From contig OY762063.1 of the NCBI GenBank assembly GCA_963665075.1, positions 630,844 to 694,843 of the forward strand: a stretch of DNA of 64,000 bases, read 5' to 3'. The position numbers were made by a program, and so were the translations under genes. Shown here piece by piece: positions 30,050-38,093 of this stretch. The DNA comes from Dehalococcoidia bacterium (lineage in GTDB: Bacteria > Chloroflexota > Dehalococcoidia > Lucifugimonadales > GCA-2712585). The first letter of the stretch is position 1, and each line of letters begins with the position of its first letter. The notes below the pieces were generated by a model that was given only the letters and a program-made list of their open reading frames with translations, was not told the origin of the DNA and did not search any database.

Positions 30050-30483
30050 ATGGCCGAATACATACCCTCGCCCGCGCAGTGGGTGCGCGACCAGGTGGAG
30101 CTTTACGAAAGCAGCGGCGGCACCCAGGGCACCACCCTCCGCGAAACCGGCCTCCCCGTCATCATCGTCACAACCGCGGCAACCGCACCGGCGCCGTCCG
30201 CAAGACTCCCCTCATGCGCGTCAAGGACGGCGACAACTACGTCCTCGTCGGCTCCCGCGGCGGCGCCCCCACCCATCCCCAATGGGTCCACAACCTCCGC
30301 GCCGACGCCGACGTCCAAATCCAGGACGAAACCAACGTCTACGAAATGCGCGTCCGCGAACTGCCCGAAGGCGAAGAACGCGCCCGCCTCTGGGACCTCG
30401 CCGTCAAAGCCTTCCCGCCCTACGCGGAATACCAGGAGAGCACGAGCCGCTTCATCCCCGTCTTCCTCGCCGAACCCGCCTAG
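30050..30483 (+). pseudogene. F420H2-dependent deazaflavin nitroreductase (DDN) family gene interrupted by a -1 frameshift
   Basis: AAGGAGG-ATG at 30050 gives MAEYIPSPAQWVRDQVELYESSGG...PVIIVTT. The family sequence continues in another frame as RGNRTGAVRKTPLMRVKDGDNYVLVGSRGGAPTHPQWVHNL...; one missing C at ~30174-30175. Confidence 0.7.
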
Positions 30484-30902
30484 CCCGTAAAGCGCACTAT
30501 CAACGGCACCACGATGGCCGTCACCGACAGCGCCGCAATCACCCCCGTGAACAGCAGATAGCGGACGCCGTAGTTCGACATCAGCGCCGGGTCGTAATAC
30601 CTGTCCACTTCGTTGTCCCGGTACATCTCCACCAGTCCCCGCAGCAGCATCTGACGCGTCCGACGTCCCAACGCCAACGCCGCCACCGCAATCACGTTCA
30701 GCAGAACCGTCATCACGATGAACACTGCCAGGATGATGTCGTAATTCGCGTCGCTCTCCCCGTTCGCCGCCTCCGTCGCCACCCCGAAGTTAATCCCAAG
30801 CACAATCAGGTTGAACACAATCGCGGTAAGCACGAAAATCGTATCCGTCCGGCTGCTCTCCCGAAGCTCGCTGACTATGTGGTCGTGAACTTGTCCTAGC
30901 AT
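30480..30902 (-). CDS. Hypothetical 4-TM membrane protein
   Basis: 140 aa with four hydrophobic segments. No recognisable family. Confidence 0.45.
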   Translation of the reverse strand: MLGQVHDHIVSELRESSRTDTIFVLTAIVFNLIVLGINFGVATEAANGESDANYDIILAVFIVMTVLLNVIAVAALALGRRTRQMLLRGLVEMYRDNEVDRYYDPALMSNYGVRYLLFTGVIAALSVTAIVVPLIVRFTG

Positions 30903-30905
30903 CTT

Positions 30906-31301
30906 CTACCCTCCCTGCTCCATCATACCCTGCTTCATCCATTCCGCAAAGTCCTCCTCCTCATACAACGGGCGAATCTCAACCACGCTCGGCCCCGGCA
31001 TCGGGTTGGGACACTTCTCCAGCCACGCAACCGCCTCGTCCATGTCCTTCACCTCCCAGAGCCAATAGCCCGCCACCAGCTCCTCCGTAACACCGAAAGG
31101 CCCGTCCGTCAACGTACGGCTGTCCCCGTCGAAGGCCATCCGCTTGCCCGCCGACGTGGGCTTCAGTCCATCCCCCGCCAGCTGGATCCCCGCTTCCGTC
31201 AACTCCGCGTTGTATCGCCCCATCGCCTGAATCAACTCCATCGAAGGCATAACCCCCGCTTCGCTCTCCTTCGTCGCCTTAACCAGAATCATCACCCGCA
31301 T
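30906..31301 (-). CDS. YciI-like (YCII/DGPF domain) protein
   Basis: MRVMILVKATKESEAG... and the DGPF motif (TLTDGPFGVTEELVAGYWLWEV). GGAGAGGAGAAGG upstream of the ATG at 31301. Confidence 0.7.
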   Translation of the reverse strand: MRVMILVKATKESEAGVMPSMELIQAMGRYNAELTEAGIQLAGDGLKPTSAGKRMAFDGDSRTLTDGPFGVTEELVAGYWLWEVKDMDEAVAWLEKCPNPMPGPSVVEIRPLYEEEDFAEWMKQGMMEQGG

Positions 31302-31462
31302 GGCCTTCTCCTCTCCAATCAAAGCTATCGCCGCCAATGATACTAGATTTGACGACGATGTTGCGCTTACAAGCGGCGCCTGCCACTAGCATTCGCGCGC
31401 CTCGGACGGGTACACTAATAGGGCGGCAATCACTCCGCGCAATCAACGGACGGGCGGTTCGG

Positions 31463-31846
31463 ATGACCCCTCTGCAAGTACATTGGGCGCAGTGCACGGA
31501 TAGAAGGCGGCTGGTCTGGTGCCTGCTGAAGGACGTGGACACCGAAAACGTGAACACCGGCGGCGTTTATGTCATCTGGCACGGCGGTCACGTGCCGCGG
31601 GTCATCTACGTCGGCCAGGGCGACATCGCCGGCCGCGTCAACCACCACCGAAGCTCCAGCCGCATCCTCCAATACGGAACCAAGGGACTGCTGATGGTCA
31701 CGTGGGCGGCCGTTCCCGAATCGGAACGAAGGGGAGCCGCGAAGTACGTCGCCGACGCCCTGGAACCTCTGCGGAGTCTGGAGGACGACACCCCGCCGAT
31801 ACCCGTCAATCTCCCGTGGGACACGCCGCCGATTGCTCCTCAGTAA
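31463..31846 (+). CDS. Small GIY-YIG-like protein (host-like GC)
   Basis: GGVYVIWHGG..VIYVGQG.IAGRVNHH has the same motif order as the island GIY-YIG protein at 50855..51184. Confidence 0.4.
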   Translation: MTPLQVHWAQCTDRRRLVWCLLKDVDTENVNTGGVYVIWHGGHVPRVIYVGQGDIAGRVNHHRSSSRILQYGTKGLLMVTWAAVPESERRGAAKYVADALEPLRSLEDDTPPIPVNLPWDTPPIAPQ

Positions 31847-32984
31847 GCGCGTCAAGACCCTCTGCATCATCTCCGCGACGCTCCTCCTGCTGCCCCTCAT
31901 GGCGGCTTGCGGCAGCGACGATGACGAATCGACGGCGACCCCATCGCCAACCCCCGCCGCCGAGGTCATGGTCGATCTTCCCCACGACGAAGGCGCCCAC
32001 GTCACCCCGATAGAATGGTGGTACTTCAACGGCCACCTGGACACGGAGGAAGGCCGGACTTTCAGCTACCACTTCGTCACCTTCCAGTCCGTGCTGGAGT
32101 CGGGTTTGACGCCCCGGTTGATGCAACTCAGCTGGGCCGACCACGCCGAGGGAATTCATCTGGCTGAGGAGCAGGCTGCCTTCCCAACCATAGAGGCGAC
32201 TTCGGGAGAATTCGACCTCGACGCCGGCGGCTGGCGCATGAGCGGCGACGGCAAGTCCTTCGATCTGTCCTTCAACATCGGCGACTACGCCGTGGAACTG
32301 GAGGGCGTATCCACAAAGCCTCCCGTCTTCCATTATGAAACCGGCTACGTGGACCTGGGCATCGCCGGCAAGACCTACTACTACTCCCACACCGACGTTG
32401 AGACTACCGGCGCGGTTTCCATCGACGGCGTCTCCCACCCCGCGACCGGCGTCGCCTGGATGGACCACCAGTGGGGCGACTTCACCACGGCTGGCATCGG
32501 CTGGGACTGGTTCAGCCTGAATCTCGACGACGGCTCCGACCTGAAAATATCCGTGGTGTGGGAGCTGGACGGCGGCAAGCACGTCGAAACCTACGGCACT
32601 TACGTCAATCCCGACGGTCAGACGGCGCACCTACCCGGAGACGAAGTCGCCCTGGAATCCACCGACGCGTGGGCCAGCCCCGACACCGGCGGCGAATACC
32701 CGATGGGCTGGCGGCTGCGCGTCCACTCACTCAATCTAGACCTAACGCTGACCCCCGTAATAAGAGACGCCGAATACTCCGAATCCCTATTCATCCCCGT
32801 CATCTACTGGGAAGGCGCGATAGCCGCAAACGGCGCCCGCAACGGCAACCCCATCACAGGCCGCGGCTTCGCCGAACTCGTCGGCTACGTCCCCACAACC
32901 CTTCCAACTGGGCGCGTGGTCTCATTGATAGGGAATGAAATTCTCAAGTCGCCACCATCCAGGATCCCTGCTACTCGGCATTAA
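31833..32984 (+). CDS. Lipoprotein, AttH/CrtC-like (hydroxyneurosporene-synthase-like lipocalin fold)
   Basis: Lipobox LMAACGSD; PHDEGAH..IEWWYFNGHL signature. The family-like sequence ends at ...GRGFAELVGYV, and the last ~20 codons read into island DNA. Confidence 0.6.
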   Translation: MLLSKRVKTLCIISATLLLLPLMAACGSDDDESTATPSPTPAAEVMVDLPHDEGAHVTPIEWWYFNGHLDTEEGRTFSYHFVTFQSVLESGLTPRLMQLSWADHAEGIHLAEEQAAFPTIEATSGEFDLDAGGWRMSGDGKSFDLSFNIGDYAVELEGVSTKPPVFHYETGYVDLGIAGKTYYYSHTDVETTGAVSIDGVSHPATGVAWMDHQWGDFTTAGIGWDWFSLNLDDGSDLKISVVWELDGGKHVETYGTYVNPDGQTAHLPGDEVALESTDAWASPDTGGEYPMGWRLRVHSLNLDLTLTPVIRDAEYSESLFIPVIYWEGAIAANGARNGNPITGRGFAELVGYVPTTLPTGRVVSLIGNEILKSPPSRIPATRH

Positions 32985-34076
32985 CAGATCAATTTCCTTT
33001 GCTTTCCGACCTCCGCGCCCGTGGTGCGCTGAAATACCCGGGAATGGCGCAGTGGTTTGCCTGACAAGTAGCCGTCTATGGGGCCATACTTCCCGCATTG
33101 CGGATATACACATTGCAGCGGTCCTTCGGCGTTGGTCGCTACGGACGAGAATTGCTGATCCTCTCTTTAGATGGCCCTTGCATTCTTCGAAAACGCTTGT
33201 GATTAAACGTTGATATTCCACGCGGTTTTCAAATCGTGCTGATTTTGTCCAGTTCTTCCGAAACGGGAAACCAAGCATCCAAAGCCGAATCCAATGGTCG
33301 TTCCAATAATCAGTAACTCCACAATATGGGGGCGATGTAATCAATAGTGCTGCATTTGCACGATTCTGTTTTCGAAGTTCATATCGGGAATCTCCCAGCA
33401 GGACTGTCCCAAAGGCTTGTGTAGGTACGCCGTATTGGTATCGACGGTTAATCTTGGACTCCAACATAGCCACTGGATCTACTTCAGGCGGTTTGAGGTA
33501 ACCATTGCGTGTCCACCATTTGACCGCATAGGTAGGTGAGTATGCGATGGTAGGAGACATGACGTTCGACAGGCCAGATCCCATTTTATCCTGCATGTGC
33601 AAAGCTATAAATGCCATCAGGGTTCTATCTATGACTGAGTTGCGCCAGTCAAGTTCACGGCGAGCAGATTTTAGCAGTGCTCGTACGGTAGGAGACCAAG
33701 CCATAGTTTCAAACCTGCTGTTGCTTCGCCGGTCTATGGGACGACAGGCCCTTGAAATTTCGGCCAGTCTAGCAATGACTTGTTCGGCGGAATTAGAAGG
33801 TTGCAGTTTGGCCGCAGCAAATAGCCATGCAATGGGATTGACGTCGATTCCGAGAGCGTGTCTACCCAGAACTGTGGCGGCGAATGGCCCGTTGCCCCGA
33901 CCACAGAAAGGATCTAGAACCGTTTCTCCCGGCTTTGTTAAGTTGATGATGGCGTCGTGTATGAAGGTCTGGGGGAACATGGCATAATAGCGCCCAAACC
34001 CATACCAGCGTCCTGCGGCTGTGTTACGATGCCATGTGTCCTTGCTCGTTGATTCCCCTTTTTTTGGTATCTTCAT
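32922..34076 (-). CDS. DNA amino-methyltransferase (N6-adenine or N4-cytosine), motif order I...IV
   Basis: Motif I VLDPFCGRGNG.FAA, then ~190 aa, then motif IV LITSPPYCGVTDYW. The ATG at 34076 overlaps the upstream stop (ATGA). Confidence 0.8.
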   Translation of the reverse strand: MKIPKKGESTSKDTWHRNTAAGRWYGFGRYYAMFPQTFIHDAIINLTKPGETVLDPFCGRGNGPFAATVLGRHALGIDVNPIAWLFAAAKLQPSNSAEQVIARLAEISRACRPIDRRSNSRFETMAWSPTVRALLKSARRELDWRNSVIDRTLMAFIALHMQDKMGSGLSNVMSPTIAYSPTYAVKWWTRNGYLKPPEVDPVAMLESKINRRYQYGVPTQAFGTVLLGDSRYELRKQNRANAALLITSPPYCGVTDYWNDHWIRLWMLGFPFRKNWTKSARFENRVEYQRLITSVFEECKGHLKRGSAILVRSDQRRRTAAMCISAMREVWPHRRLLVRQTTAPFPGISAHHGRGGRKAKEIDLLMPSSRDPGWWRLENFIPYQ

Positions 34077-35389
34077 GTCGCGAGGCTGTGTATCAGATCC
34101 GTACCGGCCTTTAGCGGAATAGACGCCCAACGATGAGATCTACGCAAGGCGAGGAATTGATCGCTTCCTACCCCTAACGGTCCAGCCGTGCTGATAGCGT
34201 CTCCCAAGGCACGTGGCGCAGGCTGATTGGTCAGCGGTGGATCTGATTCAGGTTGTGCTATGTTGAGGACAAGTCTTTGTCCTTTTGTAGTTTTTAGAAT
34301 AACGGGCCGTCCATAGTGAGTGAGCTCACCCCAAGGAGTTGGGCTATCGGAATGCCCGGCAATTATGTGTTTTCTGATGTACGCATTGTTTGGCAGCCAA
34401 ACATGGTCAGCAGGGATTCGCTTGTTTGGGGCCGGCGCTCGGTCAAGCTCCTCAGCGTGTTGTACGAACGGCCCGCTTTTAACCCCGGATATAACCAGCA
34501 ATTGTGCGTCTGGACGGAATTTTTGAAGTTCAATTTGGATCCGCTTCATTTCTCTGCGGATTGATTGAGCTAGTACGGCAATGGTGCCAAACGCAGCCAG
34601 TTGACCATCCATGACAAATGCAGTGTTACACAGGGCGGCCAAGCCCTGTTCAGATTTGGCCAAGCGTCGCAGGCTGTTGACCAAAGCCAACATTTCCAGA
34701 GTTTGCATAACTCGAATGTGACACTCACGAGCAGATTCATTTTCTCTAAATTGCTCGTGAACCCTAAGGGCGTCTGTAGTAACGATGCCCATTCCACACT
34801 TGGGGCAATTTTCTTCGGTTCGCGGTTTGGGCATCGGCAGCTGAGTACCATTACAATAAGGATGATTAGGACATCTACGGATTTTATGCTGGGATCCCAG
34901 TACGTAATAAAGACTCTCAGCGAAAGTTTCGCTCCCCAAAGATACTTTATTCAATGTATCATTGAAGGAGCGGCGAAACCATTCTTTAGGACCCAGTCCG
35001 TCAATTGTCTTGGCATTCTTACCTGGCAGCACTGCACCGAGACTATGCCCACACTCGGTCTTCCTGAGTTCCCGCGGATTGACTGCACCGCTGTCGGCTA
35101 GCTTGCTCAGCGATGCTAGTTGTCTTAGCTTGATAACCACAATCCCAAGCGATACAACTCCGGCTTGTGTATCTGGGAGTCTTCCTGGGAAATGGTCATA
35201 GACTTGTGAGCCATCTATGGCTACCAAATGGGTTCGCGATGTCCCTACGGGACTTGGTCGGAAACGTGGTAGGTTTAGTACAGCATCTTGACTAGGTGGT
35301 TGTAACCGATCGCGGAACTCGGCAAATTCCGTGCTATCGGCTATTGCTTGGATTGCAGCCAATCCCGCTCTCTCATCGGAGTACGGCAT
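34073..35389 (-). CDS. NurA-like nuclease with Zn-ribbon insert (putative)
   Basis: HLVAIDGSQV and AFVMDGQLAAFG resemble the two DGS/DGxL NurA motifs. Cys cluster CPNHPYC...CPKCG. Located directly downstream of a HerA-like ATPase. Confidence 0.5.
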   Translation of the reverse strand: MPYSDERAGLAAIQAIADSTEFAEFRDRLQPPSQDAVLNLPRFRPSPVGTSRTHLVAIDGSQVYDHFPGRLPDTQAGVVSLGIVVIKLRQLASLSKLADSGAVNPRELRKTECGHSLGAVLPGKNAKTIDGLGPKEWFRRSFNDTLNKVSLGSETFAESLYYVLGSQHKIRRCPNHPYCNGTQLPMPKPRTEENCPKCGMGIVTTDALRVHEQFRENESARECHIRVMQTLEMLALVNSLRRLAKSEQGLAALCNTAFVMDGQLAAFGTIAVLAQSIRREMKRIQIELQKFRPDAQLLVISGVKSGPFVQHAEELDRAPAPNKRIPADHVWLPNNAYIRKHIIAGHSDSPTPWGELTHYGRPVILKTTKGQRLVLNIAQPESDPPLTNQPAPRALGDAISTAGPLGVGSDQFLALRRSHRWASIPLKAGTDLIHSLAT

Positions 35390-35442
35390 ATTCTACTCAG
35401 TCAACAAATACGTGCTCAGAATTCCCCGTTGCCTGACAAGCC

Positions 35443-37617
35443 TTATGGAGTGGTGGCATCTTGGATCTCGAACTTGTCGAGTTGGACTGGTACAGTATAA
35501 GCCTGTGATAGCGTACGTATTCGCACAAAACCTTGCTCACTGACCTTCCCGATTTGTTCAATGAAGTCTGAGAAATCCATGTATCCGGCGACAACTCTAC
35601 GTTCAGATTCGGAATTCAGGTAGGATAGAACCCAGTTATCGGTTTCACTGAGTATTTCAGGCATCACTGAGCTTGGTGCCTGCGTGGCTAAAACCATTCC
35701 GACATTTAACTTGCTTCCTTCTTTGGCTGTCCTCGCCCATACAGTTGTCAGGTTGTCGCGTGCATTTGCACGGGGGAGTAAGTTGTGGGCTTCCTCAATA
35801 TAGATGATTATGTGCCCTTTCGTCGCTTGGGATTCGTCTGGGGGCTTGGAAGGGTCGAAATTTGCCAAAACAGACCTAAACTGTTCCTGCTGTGATCTGA
35901 ATATGCGCCACATCACCCGCTCGGCGGCAGCTTGATTCTGTTCTGGATCGCCGGCTGATTGGTCAATGATGACCAACTTGCCTTCTCTCAAATCATCGAC
36001 AACGGCTTCGGCGAAATCATTGCTTGTATTAGGATCGTGTTGTTCCTGGGCAATTTGGAAGGAGCGAGGGCCATTTCGGGATTCGAAGATGCGCAACACC
36101 GCTCGAAACCTAGGATCTGCCCAAGATTCATGAGTCGAACTTTTGCTGATATAGTCCTGTTCGAACTTGTCGAAGTAACTCCTTTTGTCTTCAATAAAAC
36201 GTGACAGTGCGGTAAATACTGTTATGAGTTGGTCCCAAGTGACGTTAAATTGTTTAGTTGCAGATGATTCGAGGATATTAGATGCTTGAAGATAGTCTGT
36301 CTTGTTGTCGCTATTCGGGTTTTTGTCTAGTTTAAGGGCAGCAATCAGTTCTTTTGAAAACATCGAGTGCATTCCCGGCCCTTGAATTGAGGGTTGCCAG
36401 TGTGACGGCTGCGACAATCCGGCTGCTACTAGTGCAGTTCGATAGGCTAGAATAGCCCGGTAGTAGCGGGTCTTGGCTCCCATGTCTCCAGCAGCATTGG
36501 GTTCGACAGAAAGGTCTATGTCACGGAAGGCAGTGGTGTACCTGGCAGTTTCGTTTACCATGATATTCTTTATGATTTCTTTGCCGGCAAGCATCTGATC
36601 GAGGGCCTGCTCGACTTTCTGGGTGTCCTGTGCCGTTTGCCAAGATTTAGGTATTGGATCTCCAAAGAAGTTTAGCTTCATAACCTTGCGTTCAGGATCC
36701 CAATCAACAGGAATCAATCCATAGGTTGCAACTTCAGATTGTCGGGGCAAACCTATGGATTCGTGGACTCGGTGAAGGCCTTTACCGTCTTGGTAGTTGT
36801 CTTGGGCATATTCGCCGCTCAAGTCAAAAATAATCTGTCCTATCCGATGTTCGGGATTATCTTGGCGCAACCGATAGATGCTCTCGGCTACAATCTTTAA
36901 GCCGTTTGATTTGCCAGAGCGGGACATACCGAAGTAAACGGTGCGCCTTTTCATTATGTCAGTGGGATTGATCTTAAAATCAACCTTAGTCGTGCTTTCG
37001 GACTCAGCGGCCGCAAACCTAGTACGACCAATTTTCGTAGCTCTTCTATCAATGGGTATGTCATTGGTACGATGACGATGGTTGACTATCAGATCAAGTG
37101 TGGTGGCATCCGGCTTCCATACCATTAGTTGATTGACGGAGTAGTAGTTGTCGATGTCCTCTGCATAACGGTACTGAAGTTTTTCATTCTTGGTTGCCTC
37201 GGCAATGAATGTGCCTAGTACCGAACACTCCAGTCCATGCAAAGACATCTTGTCCTTCATCCAGTCTGGGAGCCGTTCCGACCATGGCCCTCGGTTGCCC
37301 GAATCTTCAATGCTCTCTTGCCTTGTTTGATCATTAGCAGAAGCAGCCGGCAACCTAGCCTCCTTCTGAATTCGCAGTAGAATGAACGACTCGTCTCCAT
37401 CGGGTTTTGCCGCCATTAGAAACGCATTCTTGGGCAATCCACCAGCTTGCTCGCGGTCATAGTCATACACAGCTACAATTGCGCTGCTGTACGAGATGGT
37501 ATAAACAGTCCCTACCTTGGGCGCTCTCTCCCTAAACGGCCTAGTCTCCGGCTGGCTAGCGCTTTGGATTAGGTCATCAATAACAGTTGCTGATGAGTTC
37601 TGCTCATCTTGTGCCAT
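35443..37617 (-). CDS. HerA/FtsK-superfamily ATPase (HAS-barrel + DUF87-like P-loop domain), 724 aa
   Basis: N-terminal barrel-like GTVYTISYSSAIVAVYD; Walker A YFGMSRSGKSN; Walker B HIIIYIEEAHNLLP; LATQAPSSV...SYLNSESE block typical of HerA. Confidence 0.75.
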   Translation of the reverse strand: MAQDEQNSSATVIDDLIQSASQPETRPFRERAPKVGTVYTISYSSAIVAVYDYDREQAGGLPKNAFLMAAKPDGDESFILLRIQKEARLPAASANDQTRQESIEDSGNRGPWSERLPDWMKDKMSLHGLECSVLGTFIAEATKNEKLQYRYAEDIDNYYSVNQLMVWKPDATTLDLIVNHRHRTNDIPIDRRATKIGRTRFAAAESESTTKVDFKINPTDIMKRRTVYFGMSRSGKSNGLKIVAESIYRLRQDNPEHRIGQIIFDLSGEYAQDNYQDGKGLHRVHESIGLPRQSEVATYGLIPVDWDPERKVMKLNFFGDPIPKSWQTAQDTQKVEQALDQMLAGKEIIKNIMVNETARYTTAFRDIDLSVEPNAAGDMGAKTRYYRAILAYRTALVAAGLSQPSHWQPSIQGPGMHSMFSKELIAALKLDKNPNSDNKTDYLQASNILESSATKQFNVTWDQLITVFTALSRFIEDKRSYFDKFEQDYISKSSTHESWADPRFRAVLRIFESRNGPRSFQIAQEQHDPNTSNDFAEAVVDDLREGKLVIIDQSAGDPEQNQAAAERVMWRIFRSQQEQFRSVLANFDPSKPPDESQATKGHIIIYIEEAHNLLPRANARDNLTTVWARTAKEGSKLNVGMVLATQAPSSVMPEILSETDNWVLSYLNSESERRVVAGYMDFSDFIEQIGKVSEQGFVRIRTLSQAYTVPVQLDKFEIQDATTP

Positions 37618-37653
37618 AGGCCTCTCCCTAACAGGTCAAATCTTGGGTTTAGC

Positions 37654-37727
37654 TTGGGACATACGAGGTTCGGACCGTGATCTCTGTCTCGAGAGGAAAA
37701 TATCCTAGCCCATTAGGTGAATGCACC
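37654..37727 (-). pseudogene. Decayed tRNA-Glu(CTC) copy
   Basis: Aligns along its full length with the intact tRNA-Glu at 57907-57983. The anticodon loop CTCTCGA is retained, but the acceptor, anticodon and T stems have mismatches and the T-loop lacks 1 nt. Confidence 0.65.
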
Positions 37728-37822
37728 AACTAATGCCACCATTCTATCACACTTTCCCGTGTCTAATCACCAACTGTTCAATAATCAATAAAGTGACTAC
37801 TGCCGAGTGCAGTAGTAATAGG
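37728..37822 (+). repeat. Decayed copy of the tRNA-Glu/tRNA-Gln intergenic promoter region plus first ~22 nt of tRNA-Gln
   Basis: CCATTCTATCACAnTTTCCC.TGT...CACCAACTGTT..ATAAT...CTGCCGAGTG..GTAGT..TA is shared with 57984-58080. Confidence 0.65.
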
Positions 37823-38093
37823 ACGCAGCCCCCAACCACACCCGTTTCCGGTCTAAACGCCCAAAACCATAAGCCCTCGGCGGGGGCCATCTGACCGATC
37901 GCCTCCCTACCAAGTCACTAAACGGCATTTGGCAGCGTCATACTTCGTAACTAAATATCTCGTTTTGCGCGTAAATCGTCGGCGTCATACATTTCGCCGC
38001 AGGCTTGACTAGAGTTGCTCATATAAGTAAGCTACATTCGTAACTGCCAAGTCTGCCTATGGCTCTTTCCAATTCGAATAGAGAGGTGTCGCG

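Larger units (their letters stand above)
32922..37653. other. AT-richer island 2 (MTase / NurA-like / HerA-like operon, no recombinase)
   Basis: Composition change at ~32,920 and ~37,650 (a spot-counted line is 38% G+C). The right edge abuts the 3' end of a decayed tRNA-Glu copy. Confidence 0.6.

Noticed and set aside
29630-30490. 286-aa ORF spanning the DDN region as a single long protein
   Set aside because: Its 5' part is antisense to the lipoprotein gene and intergenic DNA. Its 3' part is a Pro/Ser/Thr/Arg-rich wrong-frame reading. The DDN-family sequence is recovered only by joining two frames, so it is interpreted as a frameshifted DDN gene.
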